Below the pieces are notes generated by a model. That model had not been told where the DNA came from and ran no database searches. It saw nothing but the letters and a program-made list of their open reading frames with translations. A stretch of 54,522 nucleotides of DNA, the filler included, from Catajapyx aquilonaris (Eukaryota): assembly GCA_000934665.2 (NCBI GenBank). It is 2 parts of 2 records of this genome, joined end to end, with 100 filler letters (N's around TTAATTAATTAA, not from the genome) between each part and the next. Parts side by side here need not be neighbours in the genome. Positions count along the whole stretch, not along the records: positions 1 to 27,161 come from KZ539287.1; 1 more part is not named here. One strand, given 5' to 3'. This document shows positions 12,880 to 23,545 of the stretch, in pieces (within the stretch, counting starts at the first letter, position 1; each line of letters begins with the position of its first letter). A program made the translations under genes and the position numbers.

Positions 12880-15800
12880 ATGTCAGTACCTCTGGATATC
12901 CCACAGAAGCCACCATGTGGCCACAACCTCCTCTCACCTGAATCTCCTGGAAAGTTCTTTCAACTGCCCAGCCCTATCATCACACGGAGGACTCGCACTG
13001 AATCAACGTAAGCTAAACACTAATAAGACCATGTAGGATATACTGTATTCGCATGGAAGTGAAAGAATTGTTGCCTAAACTGGTGTTTTCCTTCATATGA
13101 TAACATGATTTCTGTGTGGCTTTCTTGTATAGTCAAAGGACATTGTGATTTTCGAACAACAATTAATAAATAATAATTAAAACAATGATAGTAAGTCATT
13201 CCGTGTCAAATGAACACAGTCACCGCGTTTTTTTTTTTTTTTTTGCACAGTTTTATGTGTTTCTAATGTTTTTTGATACGCTGAGTTCAGAAATGTCGAG
13301 CTTTTCCCTCTATCACGTCAGGTTTTTCCACAAAGTGAGGATGAAGATTCAAGAAAATCACAGAATATGTAGCAGAGTAAAAAATTTTATTTACAAAAAC
13401 TTAAAAAGAAGCTGTATTTTTAATTTTATTAATTTATGAGGATTGTCATAGCTACCACAAAGTCAAAAATCTTTATAATGCCTCTTCTTCTTCCCCGCAA
13501 AGGTCTGTTTAAAACTTTTTCTCTTGTGCACTGATTGTGCTTCCTCCACTGAAGCAGTTTGGAGGAGGGGATATGGTGTCCAACTGCTAATCGGGAGGTC
13601 CTGGGATCAAATCCCGTGGCCGGCAACTCTGACCGTGGTTTTCTGTGGTCCTTCCAGGAAAATTCCGGAGTTGCTTCCGTAATTAATAGGCCACAGCCGC
13701 TTCCTTCTGTCCCTATCCTATCCCAAAGAGCACAGTAAAATGAAAAGCACAGAGTTCCAGGCAAAAACAAACTTCCCCCCTAAAGAGCCGAAAAAGGCTG
13801 ATAATGGGGTGTGAATAATTATGATTGTGCTTCCTCCCTGTGCAGCATCCAGCAGTAGTCTGCTATCATGTTCGCATTCACCGGCCCTGATACCTCTGTT
13901 CCATTTCCTTTATGTCTTGGTGGAATCTCTCACCCTGCTCTTCACTCACATCGCCTAGATTTTCTGGTAAATAGCTCAGATGGGAGTTCAAAAAGTGGAG
14001 CTTCAAGCTCATTGAGCAGCACAATGTTTTGAAGTTCTGTAGCATGTTTCCTGCGACGTTCTTGAAGTCAAGGTCTTTCTGGTTGCCCAAATACTTCTTT
14101 ACAACTTCTTTAAAGGATTTCCAAGCCTATCTCTCAATGTCTTCCATTTTGGTTTCAAAGATTTCGTCTTTCATGATGTTTCGAATGTCAGGACCGACGA
14201 AACCCCTTCTTTCACCTTTGCTGCTGACAGCCCTGGAAACTTACTTCCCAGGTACTTGAAATACAGTAAAACTTCTATAAGTCGAATCGCCATGGGACCG
14301 GAAAAAAAACTTCGAGTTATAGAAGATTTCAGTTAGAGAAGTTTGGATTTTTTAAAGCACGTAACTTTATGAGGAAGCCTACCTTTATATCCAGCGATGG
14401 AAGGTGTTCAAAACTTAAAAATAACTGTCACTATCACATTTACAATGTTCCTCGTTGTTTTGTTGTAAAAAAATCTCTGTGATGGACATTTGCCTACTCT
14501 TAGATTCAAGGATTCAATTGTCACAATCGAGTCAAACTTCTTTCTGTACGTCTGGCCTACTCTCAACCCTTCGACTGGGAAATGAGAAAATTTTCTGTAC
14601 TCGCCAACATGAACTTCGACTTGGGGAGACTGAAAATGCATTGATATCCCATCGTAAGACCCTGCCACCACTTCGAGTTATGGAGAACTTCGACTTATAG
14701 AAATTCGAGTTAGGGAAGTTTATTTCCTATTAAACTTCGACTTAGGGAAGTTCGACTTATAGGAAGTTTTACTGTATCACTAACTTTGGCAGAGCTTTCA
14801 CAAACTGCTTCATGATGCCAAGTTTGATGTGAAGTGGAGGCAGGAGTACTTTTTCTGGGTCCACCAAAGATTCGAAGTGCACTACTTTTCCCCTACTTTT
14901 AGCGTCCTATTTAGTCACACATTAAAAATTTCTCTTTTTACATTTTAACATTTTTCTACTTTCTATGTTTCAATTTATCGTTGTCAACCTGAAATACCTA
15001 TTTTCTCAGCTAAAATATTATTTTGACACATTTTTATAGCAGCGCACCCAGTAGGTAGGCAACCAGACAGAAATTCTAGATTTGTGTCGAAAGTGTACGT
15101 GATAGAAGTTTTTGCGTATTTCCCCCAAAATCAGCATCAAAAAATACATAAGAAACACCTCTCGGAGGAAAAAAAATTCATCGCAGTGTTATTGTTAACT
15201 ATTTTATAATCTAGGCCTAGGGAAGAGTTTAAAAATATCTTTGGCATTTCTTATCACTTTTGTAGTGTAAAAAAGATAAATTTAAGAATTAACCAATAAA
15301 ATTGTAAATGTATTTAATTATTTAATTATGTATACATTTACATATAATTATAAAATATGGTAGATTTGGCACTTTCCCTCTAATCATGCCCCTATAATTA
15401 TATCCCCCTATATCTCATGATCCCATAGTGATCCCAAAATTATATTTTGGCTGCTGTTAAATGATTGTATAAACTTATTTTGAGAATTTTAAATCGTCAT
15501 TTTTTGAGAATATCACATTTGAAAATTTCAGGTAGATTTTGAAAAAGGATATTATAAACCTTGTCATGTTGTATGTGTCATGTTGACCACCTCAGATTTT
15601 GATAATTTTTGGCATGCTTGCAGGTTTCATGGACATGTGAAAAAGTATCAACTTTTAGTCGTCTCGCTTCATCTGTTCAAAAGTAACTTTTGAACAGATG
15701 AAGCGAGACGACTAAAAGTAGAAAAATCATCAAAAATCTGAGGTGGTCACTCTGAAAACAGTTGATTTGGCCTGAAATCATTTGCACTGTTTGAGCGCGA

Positions 15801-16266
15801 TATTTGCTCTGTCCCAAATGGCAATATGTGAATCAGGTTTAACACCACTCATACCATCCCAAACAAGTATGAAGGTCTAATGTAAGTTATTTCATTGATA
15901 GGTCTGAGAGAGCATTGGCAAATCCAATAGAGGAGGGGAAGGTCAAATATTTCAGCCGGATCAAGGGACATGGATTCATTGTGCCTGCTGGTGGTGGAGA
16001 AGACATATTTGTCCATATATCTGAGTAAGAATTGGCATTTCTAGATGTGTCAATTTTGGACACTTTTTTAACCCTCCAATTCTTTCCACAGCATTGAGGG
16101 AGAGTATGTGCCAAGAGTCGGGGATGAAGTCACATATCGTTTGTGCCCAATCCCTCCAAAAAATGAAAAATCTCAAGCAGTTCATGTGAACATCACAAAT
16201 TTCACACCTGATGTTCATCAGAAGTGGGACTGTCCAGTCATGGAAGATGAGATGGAACAGAAGTGA
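12880..16266 (+). CDS. CARHSP1: Calcium-regulated heat-stable protein 1 / cold-shock-domain RNA-binding protein, 141 aa
   Basis: Phase-compatible exons 12880-13007, 15902-16024 and 16092-16266. Motifs [44 protein letters not shown] and [24 protein letters not shown] at 16438-16443. Confidence 0.95.
13548..13821 (+). mobile_element. tRNA-derived SINE (family 2) inserted in the Chapaev3 transposase
   Basis: B-box-like gatcaaatccc and core ggccacagccgcttcctt. 16-bp TSD tgattgtgcttcctcc at 13532-13547 and 13822-13837. A homologue lies at about 48050-48348. Confidence 0.9.
14264..14774. mobile_element. pogo/Tigger-type MITE inserted in the Chapaev3 transposase
   Basis: TIR cagtaaaactt(c)ctataagtcgaa with TA TSD at 14262-14263 and 14775-14776, plus subterminal ttcgacttatag repeats. 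Confidence 0.88.
15651..15719. repeat. Perfect 69-bp palindrome (34-bp arms, 1-nt loop)
   Basis: acttttagtcgtctcgcttcatctgttcaaaagt-a-acttttgaacagatgaagcgagacgactaaaagt. An outer inverted repeat lies at about 15584-15604 and 15729-15749. Confidence 0.95.
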
Positions 16267-16614
16267 AGGTATGCAGTCATATTGATGGAAACTTACCCCA
16301 ATGATCCTGGTGGTGTGGCACCAAATCTGCTCGAATGTCAGTGCTGCCTACTTGAAATTTTGCACATTTATGCAATGTGAATCACACCTCACAGACCTGG
16401 TATGGTGGTCTTGGCATAAATCTCCATCTGGTCCATAAATAAAATGTTTACTTCAAATGCAAATAAGGTGACTAGTCCTGTCACTGGATAGGTGAGGTGT
16501 GAAATTGAAAAGTCATGCACCACATTGCATGTTGGCATACTTTTGTTTGGTGAATTGCACCACACAGATATCCACTTCCTTTCAGCTGGATCATAACATC
16601 AGCATAACATCGCT

Positions 16615-18262
16615 GGATACCAAAGTGATTTTTCAGAATCACGTTTAAAGTTTGGCCGACTCACGGGTGCAGCGTTCTCTTCGCACTGCCGATGCGGGCG
16701 TCTCGCTGGAGGTACGGACCTGAAATTTTCACAGGATGGCGAGGAAGGGCAATTGAGGAGCCGACAGAGTTTCAATCCATTAGAATAAAAATTGCGAGAT
16801 CTACAGGAGGAGGAGTTTTTGAAAAACTGCTCACAACATTTTGGCTCCGGATTCGAATTCGGAAAATATCTCAAAGGTCATCGATGGCCAAAGTATTCCT
16901 CTCTCACTCCTCCAAAGCGCGATTAATTTGGGCTATTGGTTTTTGCACAACTATTTAAACAGATTCACCACGTCATCTCGTCAAATCGGCGGAGAACTTT
17001 CAAACGTAAGTTGGTTCCCTGTCTAGGTTGCCAGGAAACCGGTTCGGGCTGAATAATTTAAAAAGCGCGTGGGTAACAGGGAACCAACTGTTCTATGTCG
17101 GAAGTACTCCCTCCGATTTTACAAAGTGAGGTGGTGAAACGGTTTAAATAGCTGTGCAAAAACCAATAGCCCAAATTAATTGCGCTTTGGAGGAGTAAGA
17201 GAGGAATACTTTGGCCATCGATGACCTTTGAGATATTTCCCAAGTTCGAATCAGGAGCCAAGATGTTGTGAGACGTTCTTCAAAAATTCCTCCCCTTGTA
17301 CAGGGTGGGCGAAAAGTCCCAGGACACCTGGCTTTTTTTGCCTGCAAAACAAATCTGTGCATGAAAAATGTGTCGGGGATGCTGGTGACATCATCTGGAC
17401 ACTGACGGAACTGTTTGATGAGGGGAGACATCTGAGGACCCCCAACAACACCCACAGTAAGTTAACACTGTTAACAGTGCAAGATGGCGGATACGAGAGG
17501 GTTCACTGTGGAGGAGAGACTTGTGGCTACTGTGTGGGTCCACGAGAGGCCTCATACGGGAAAGAACCTAACGCACATCATGCAGGATATCAGGGCTCGT
17601 TTTGGTAAGGTGCCACTGAGAAGTAACTTGTTCAAGTGGGAGAAAAAAGCATTTAGCAAGGGAATAAGTGTCTTTCACACTTCCCGTCTTTCACATTTCC
17701 CATGCTGAATGCTTTTTTCTCCCACTTGAACAAGTTACTTCTTCTCGGTGGCGCCTTACCAAAACGAGCCCTGATATCCTGCATGGTGTGCGTTATGTTC
17801 TTTCCCGTATGAGGCCTCTCGTGGACCCACACAGTAGCCACAAGTCTCTCCTCCACAGTGAACCCGCTCGTATCCGCCATCTTGCACTGTTAACACTGTT
17901 AACTTACTGTGGGTGTTGTTGGGGGTCCTCAGATGTCTCCCCTCATCAAACAGTTCCGTCTGTGTCCAGAAGATGTTACACCAGCATTTCCGACACATTT
18001 TTCATGCACAGATTTGTTTTGCAGGCAAAAAATGCCAGGTATCCTGGGACTTTTCGCCCACCCTGTAGATCTCGCAATTATTATTCTAATGGATCGAAAC
18101 TCCACCGGCTCCTCAATTGGCCCTTCCTCGCCATCCTGTGAAAATTTCAGATCCGTACATCCAGCGAGACGCCCGCATCGGCGGTGCGAAGAGAATGCTG
18201 CACCCGTGACTAGGCCAAACTTTAAACGCGATTCTGAAAAATCACTTAGGTATCCGGTGCCC
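16615..18262. mobile_element. Large foldback non-autonomous element with about 400-bp arms; right arm interrupted by an insertion
   Basis: Left arm 16615-17022 is the reverse complement of 17076-17300 plus 18068-18255. The right end gtgccc abuts TTAA. Superfamily uncertain. Confidence 0.85.
17301..18065. mobile_element. Tc1/mariner-derived foldback made of two convergent transposon 5' ends, each encoding the transposase N-terminal HTH
   Basis: Termini cagggtgggcgaaaagtcccagga with TA TSD at 17299-17300 and 18066-18067. Arms 17301-17664 and 17697-18065. Convergent ORFs 17484-17708(+) and 17653-17880(-), MADT.GFTVEERLV...RARFGK.P.RSNLFKWEKKAF, resemble a DUF4817-like HTH. Confidence 0.88.
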
Positions 18263-18541
18263 TTAAGGGAAAAGGGCGAATAGACAATTTTTCAAAAAAT
18301 TGCGAAAATGCATGATTTGGTGAAATGGCAGATGTGTACGTGGAACAGTCTGACTGTGTGAGAAGGTGGTCCCAGCGAATATCCAAAAACAACCTCAGGA
18401 GATAGGGCAAATATCCCATATTCACCCTTTCAATCATCGAGCCCGCACCTTATAGTGCGCAAGTAAGAAGGGCAAATATCCACCAACATGCAACAAGGGT
18501 TATCCACTCTAATTTTTTGCATACACGGACTACCTGCAAAG

Positions 18542-18713
18542 GTGTACCAGTCAGTTAAAGGATTACCTGTGCACATGAGGGGGAGAAATTAGGCTCCAAC
18601 AGAGGTGCTACCTAGGGGAGTGTGAATCATTGCATCAGGGGAGGCAGCAGCTCTGTTGGAGGCTATTTTCTCAGCCTCATGTGGAAAGGTAATCCTTAAA
18701 CCGACTGCTACAG
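18542..18713. mobile_element. Short palindromic MITE
   Basis: Imperfect arms of about 70 bp, cagtcagttaaaggattacc...ctccaacagag / ctctgttggag...ggtaatccttaaaccgactg. Ends are approximate. Confidence 0.65.
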
Positions 18714-18966
18714 GACACTACCCTTAGTGAATAACAGGTCGCCACCCTGGCTGCCAAATTCCCTCTCCACCAACAGACATTTTCCCTCTCCGCCAATTCC
18801 CTGACAGCCAATTACCCTCACCGCCAAATGCACTGAACAGGGCTCCAAAACCGGTTATTTTGGTGGGGTGCCAACCTTGGGTAGGCGGCAGGAGCACATT
18901 AAGACTCCTGTAACTGCTTAGGGGTTGTGCAAATACCAAGTGACCATTTTGGGGGGAGCGGGGGGG

Positions 18967-19130
18967 NNNNNNNNNNNNNNNNNNNNNNNNNNNNNNNNNN
19001 NNNNNNNNNNNNNNNNNNNNNNNNNNNNNNNNNNNNNNNNNNNNNNNNNNNNNNNNNNNNNNNNNNNNNNNNNNNNNNNNNNNNNNNNNNNNNNNNNNNN
19101 NNNNNNNNNNNNNNNNNNNNNNNNNNNNNN
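18967..19130. other. Assembly gap flanked by poly-G
   Basis: Run of N. Confidence 0.99.
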
Positions 19131-20523
19131 GGGGGGTTCCAATGGGTACCACGGTCGGTCACTGGGGGGGAGGGGGTCAAAAAGTGGCCTAAAATTGGTC
19201 TCGTGGTATTTGCACGACCCCTTATGGAAATAGCCGTATTGCTACTTTCGCCCCCACTGCCTAATGGAGCCGCCATTTCGAATCTGGATCTAGCAGCTTC
19301 TGATTTTCAGCGGATTGAGCCTAATAACAGCTTAGAGCAACGCTATTTTCCGAAGTGCTAGAAAGCCGCAAATAAGTATTAATTTATTTCTCGCAAAGTA
19401 CGACAATCTAAGAAAATTCATCTGGCATGGTTCTCAGGGTAGTAGTTCCACATATTTTCACGCATTTCATAATTAAATCAGCATAACAGTTGTTCGGCAG
19501 TTCTCGGATTTCCAGTTTTTATAGGCTTTTTTTGGGAAATTAATTTAGGGGCTTGTAGACGAGTAAAATTGTTCCAGACACATTCATAGTGTTATCCCTG
19601 AATGTCGTAAGTATAGCTGTTATTATTGGGAAAATATCTTGTCCTTATCTTCGGAGTACGCTTAAGCCAAAATCTACGTGGTTCTGGCCTATCTGGTAGC
19701 GAAGGGGTTAATGCGACAATAAATGTCAGGGAGACTGTCAGAGAACGGGGTATGAAATAAATAAATAAAATAAATAAAATGTCAGGGACAAGAAAGATAC
19801 CTATCACATTGGGCCTTTCATCAAATCATGCACTTGCCTTGACATCCTGGTAGTACTCAGCTGTCCTGTGATTTAGGATGGAATTCCCTCTTTTGCCCCT
19901 TTTCATACCAGAGAAGTCACATGCCATAATGCTTTTCACAGTGATTTTATTACACAAGTACAAAAAATATTGTAGCAAAATTATACACATGAACAACACA
20001 GAATCTTTGTTGCAACACAGAATCTTTGTTGCTTACTATAAAAGCTAGATTGTGGATAGAGACTGGAATGTAATGTTGGGGCATATGGTGATTCTTTTTT
20101 GGACATTTTGCCATGTAATTGCCCTTGTAGGTAACTTATAGCCTATCACTTGGATTTATGACATTAAAATACTGAAGCTCCTAAAAACGAGTACTGTACA
20201 AAAAATACTTGAATGGAATGTACTCCTCCCACCTATTCCTAGCTCAGAACATTAAAAGCACTTGCATGTCACCCGTGAAGCTTAAAGGTCCACTGTCCCA
20301 AAATTTAAAGCTTGAAATATATTGTATATTCTCAAAACATCACATGACTTTCATAAAAGTAAAGTAAAAAGTAAAAGTTCCATACATCCAAAATGTCCTT
20401 GTAGTCCTTGCTGCTGGCATCTGTTCACTTCCATATGTTCATGTGTCTATGTTGACCAAGTGACTGATGTCCTCACAATTAATGGTAGCAAGGGAGATGA
20501 ATGGAGCGCTATTCACCTTTTAA

Positions 20524-20676
20524 GGGCCGGTTTCACAGAGCTCACAGTCAGTATATTATAATTCCGAGTTTCTTTTAGAAAAATCCGCAGTTTTCATTGT
20601 TGAAAACAATGGTTGCTATGGCAATTCTTGTTATAACCGAGGTTCTAAGTTATACTGAGCTCGGTGAAACTGGCCC
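20524..20676. mobile_element. PIF/Harbinger-type MITE
   Basis: TIR gggccggtttcacagagctc/gagctcggtgaaactggccc with flanks TAA and GAA. Confidence 0.7.
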
Positions 20677-20916
20677 GAACTGAGTGAATGGCATTTCCTC
20701 AAAATTTGTGAATCTTGAGACAATAGCCCTTGAACCTTATGATCCTTTGGTTAACATACAGGCTTAAAGGAAACTCACATACAATCGCCAGGTAAACTTA
20801 TAGTACTCGCAAAACTAATATAGGGGTGTGCAATTAGTTTTGGGCTCCTTTGCATAGTTAATGTGTACGGCGCCATCCGAGTTTCGTGACGTCACATCTG
20901 TTCCGCCAGCTTCTAA

Positions 20917-22723
20917 GGCCCTGTTCACACGTGGCCACTTCAGTCACGCGTGCCACAGCAACTGACCCCTGCAGTCGCTCGCGTCCGGCACTGCAAGCAC
21001 TTGAGTTGGCCACTGCAATGGGGCAGAAGCTCGCCACTGCAGGTGGGCCAGTCGTATGCAGTATGGCATTCCAGTGAAGAACATGCACTACTGATACTGC
21101 TATTGAAAATAAAGAAGAAAATAGTGCAGACAAAACAGGAAAATTCATGTTCGAAGGACTGTGCCATACCCAATTTGAGGATTCTTGATCCGAAATTCCG
21201 AAATTCCAAAGTTTTTTTTTTTCAGTGCTGACATGATATGTCACAAATGGAAAATTTCATTTGAATGATGTGATTGTGACATGACTAGCATCATTTCCTG
21301 TACGTACCGTATGTGCATGTACAAAAGTTACTAAAAATCTATGTAAATATTCTGAAATCCGAAATATTTTTTCGATATTTTCAGCAGCTGATGCGTCCCA
21401 AAAATTGGGATAGGCCTCGACTTCTGATATAAAGCCATCGACATTATACAGGGGTTGGACAAAATAATGGGGCCCCCTGCAAAAAACGGAATTTTCTCCT
21501 CCATTGTAATCGTAAACTGGAAAGGTTACAGAGATGACTTTTACATGTTTTTGAGGCTCTGTCGATGTACATTTATAGGCATGAAGATGACACAAAAAGC
21601 ACAAGAGGAGGGGGAGAAACAAAAGACCCACGACCCCCNNNNNNNNNNNNNCCCCTCCCCTCCCCGAGACCCCATTTTTGACCAGAATGTCCCACCCTTT
21701 TCATTTGAAAATAAAAACAGTTACAAATATGAACTTTACTGGATTTTGAAGCTCTATTGATGTCACTTTGTTTGGCATAGAGATGGACCAAAATTACCGA
21801 CAGGGGGCAGGTGAAAAAATATAAAACGACACCCCCTTTCCCCGGCACGAAATCTGAGAAGAGGTTGGACAAAATAAGTAAGTTTGGGTCGAATTTTCGT
21901 CCCACTGCTAGATACTACTAACTTAATCAGTGCCATATTTGGTAGTGGTAATGCTAAGTTAGCATTAACTAGCAGTGGGACGAAAATTTCCCGTTGTTTG
22001 CATTCAAGCAGTGCCGGGGAAGGGGGGCGTTGTTTTTATTTTTCCCCTGCCCTCAGTTGGTAATTTTGGTTCCTCTCTATACCACACAAAGTGACATCGA
22101 TGGAGCTCCAAATTCCAGTAAAGATTATGTATGTATCTATTTTCATTTTCAAATTAAAGGGTGGGACTGGTCAAAAATGGGGTCTGGGGGGGGGGTCATT
22201 AGTCTTTTGTTTCTCCCCCTCCTCTTGTGATTTTTGTGTCATCTTCATGTCTGTAAATGTACATCGACATAGCTTCAAAAATCAGTAAAAGTCATCTCTC
22301 AAACTTTTCCCGTTTTCAAGTACAATTGAGGAGAAAATTCACCTGCTTTTTGCAGGGGGCCCCCATTATTTTGTCCAACCCCTGTACTTCTTCAAGTAAT
22401 TGCGGCATGGTGAACTAGCACGGACATATGACTGAACCTGTGGCAGACATCAGTGGTCTGTGGCTGTGGCTCCGTGTGAATGTACCAATGCAAAGCAATA
22501 GTCTGCTACCTAGCGGCCTCTGGCCTTGAGCACTTGTAGGATCAAAGACACTCGGGCCTGCCACTCAATCACGGGGTCGAGCAACATCCGAGCCCACAGA
22601 TGCCTATCCTCGCCACTGCAGTGGCCACATGTGAATGCTGCCATTTAATCCTGTGTATAAGCATGGTGGCCAGTTGCTGTGGAGAGCGTCTATCACTAAA
22701 AGTGACCACATGTGAACCGGGCC
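20917..22723. mobile_element. PIF/Harbinger-type MITE, middle layer
   Basis: TIR ggccctgttcacacgtggccac/gtgaccacatgtgaaccgggcc with TAA TSD at 20914-20916 and 22724-22726. Confidence 0.85.
21449..22384. mobile_element. Tc1/mariner-type foldback MITE with about 400-bp arms, inner layer
   Basis: Termini caggggttggacaaaataatgggg with TA TSD at 21447-21448 and 22385-22386. The centre contains a further hairpin at about 21891-21989. Confidence 0.88.
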
Positions 22724-23090
22724 TAAGAAGCAAAAGTCAGCTTGAGGGCCTCTGGTCCCCCAACACATCATCCATGTGCAGTAGGGGATAAAATCCCATC
22801 AGAGCAAGAATCCAGGTACGACACCAGTGCACTTTGTCGTTTTTGCCTTGTATTTTACAATCTGGCCCTCTACACTTTAATGGCGCCGTACGCATTAACT
22901 ACGCAAAGGAGCCAAAAACTAATTGCACATCCCTATGCGAGTACTATAAGTTTACCTGGCAATTGTATGCGAGTTTCCCTTCACCCTGTATAAGTTACTA
23001 AATAATTACACACTTCGTGATATCTTTTATCTACCTTTGGTGAGGCAATTATAATATTTTGTACTAGTCTTTTATTCTCTCTGTCTAGAA

Positions 23091-23545
23091 CTAGGAGCAT
23101 TTCCACACACACACTGCCAGGTTCCCACCAAAGAACATGTACAAAATGTTTTTTAGCTCATAGGTAATCTCATATCCAAATCCTTCCCCTACAACCGCAT
23201 GCCAGGGTGGGCCATACTTCTTATCCATGGTCTCTTTGATAAATTTAGCAGCATTCTAGAAAGAAGAATGAAAGTGGATATTTCCTAAAAGTAATTAAGT
23301 GTTCATGGTTCCTACCTCATTATTGTTGGCATGCTTTTCACATGCAGTGACGCACAACTCGACTGTCTCATTTCTCATATCATCTTGCATGTCGGAAAAC
23401 TGGAAGAAAATTTTGAAAATTATTTATCATTTCAGGCCTGATGAAAAGTGGAGTGGCAATATTATCATGAAACTCTCACCCGGACTAATGGATACGTGTG
23501 GACGATCTTCTTTCCGCAATTGGTATCTTTTTTCTCATCACCCAT
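23091..23545 (-). CDS. DNAL4: Dynein axonemal light chain 4, 104 aa
   Basis: Three phase-0 exons 23480-23545, 23316-23399 and 23091-23255 translate to MGDEKKDTNCGKKIVHTYPLVR/FSDMQDDMRNETVELCVTACEKHANNNE/NAAKFIKETMDKKYGPPWHAVVGEGFGYEITYELKNILYMFFGGNLAVCVWKCS*. Confidence 0.95.

Larger units (their letters stand above)
13221..15188 (-). mobile_element. Internally deleted Chapaev3 (CMC) DNA transposon in a CARHSP1 intron, carrying a transposase pseudogene
   Basis: Transposase motifs [43 protein letters not shown] and ADYCWML, with frameshifts. CAC...GTG-type termini; no matching TSD seen. Interrupted by a SINE and a MITE. Confidence 0.8.
20759..22988. mobile_element. Tc1/mariner-type non-autonomous element, outer layer of a triple nest
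   Basis: TIRs of about 110 bp (...ccaggtaaacttatagtactcgca...gtacggcgccat) with TA TSD at 20757-20758 and 22989-22990. Confidence 0.85.

Noticed and set aside
13860..13885. In-frame TGA after RYQGR as recoding or selenocysteine
   Set aside because: It is explained by a one-base deletion in the Trp codon of a decayed Chapaev3 transposase, and homology continues in another frame.
16599..18283. Numerous overlapping 60-157 aa ORFs as a gene cluster
   Set aside because: They are mirror-image by-products of the nested palindromes. Only the two HTH ORFs resemble a known domain.
18724..19361. ORFs spanning the N gap
   Set aside because: Open only because of the undetermined bases.
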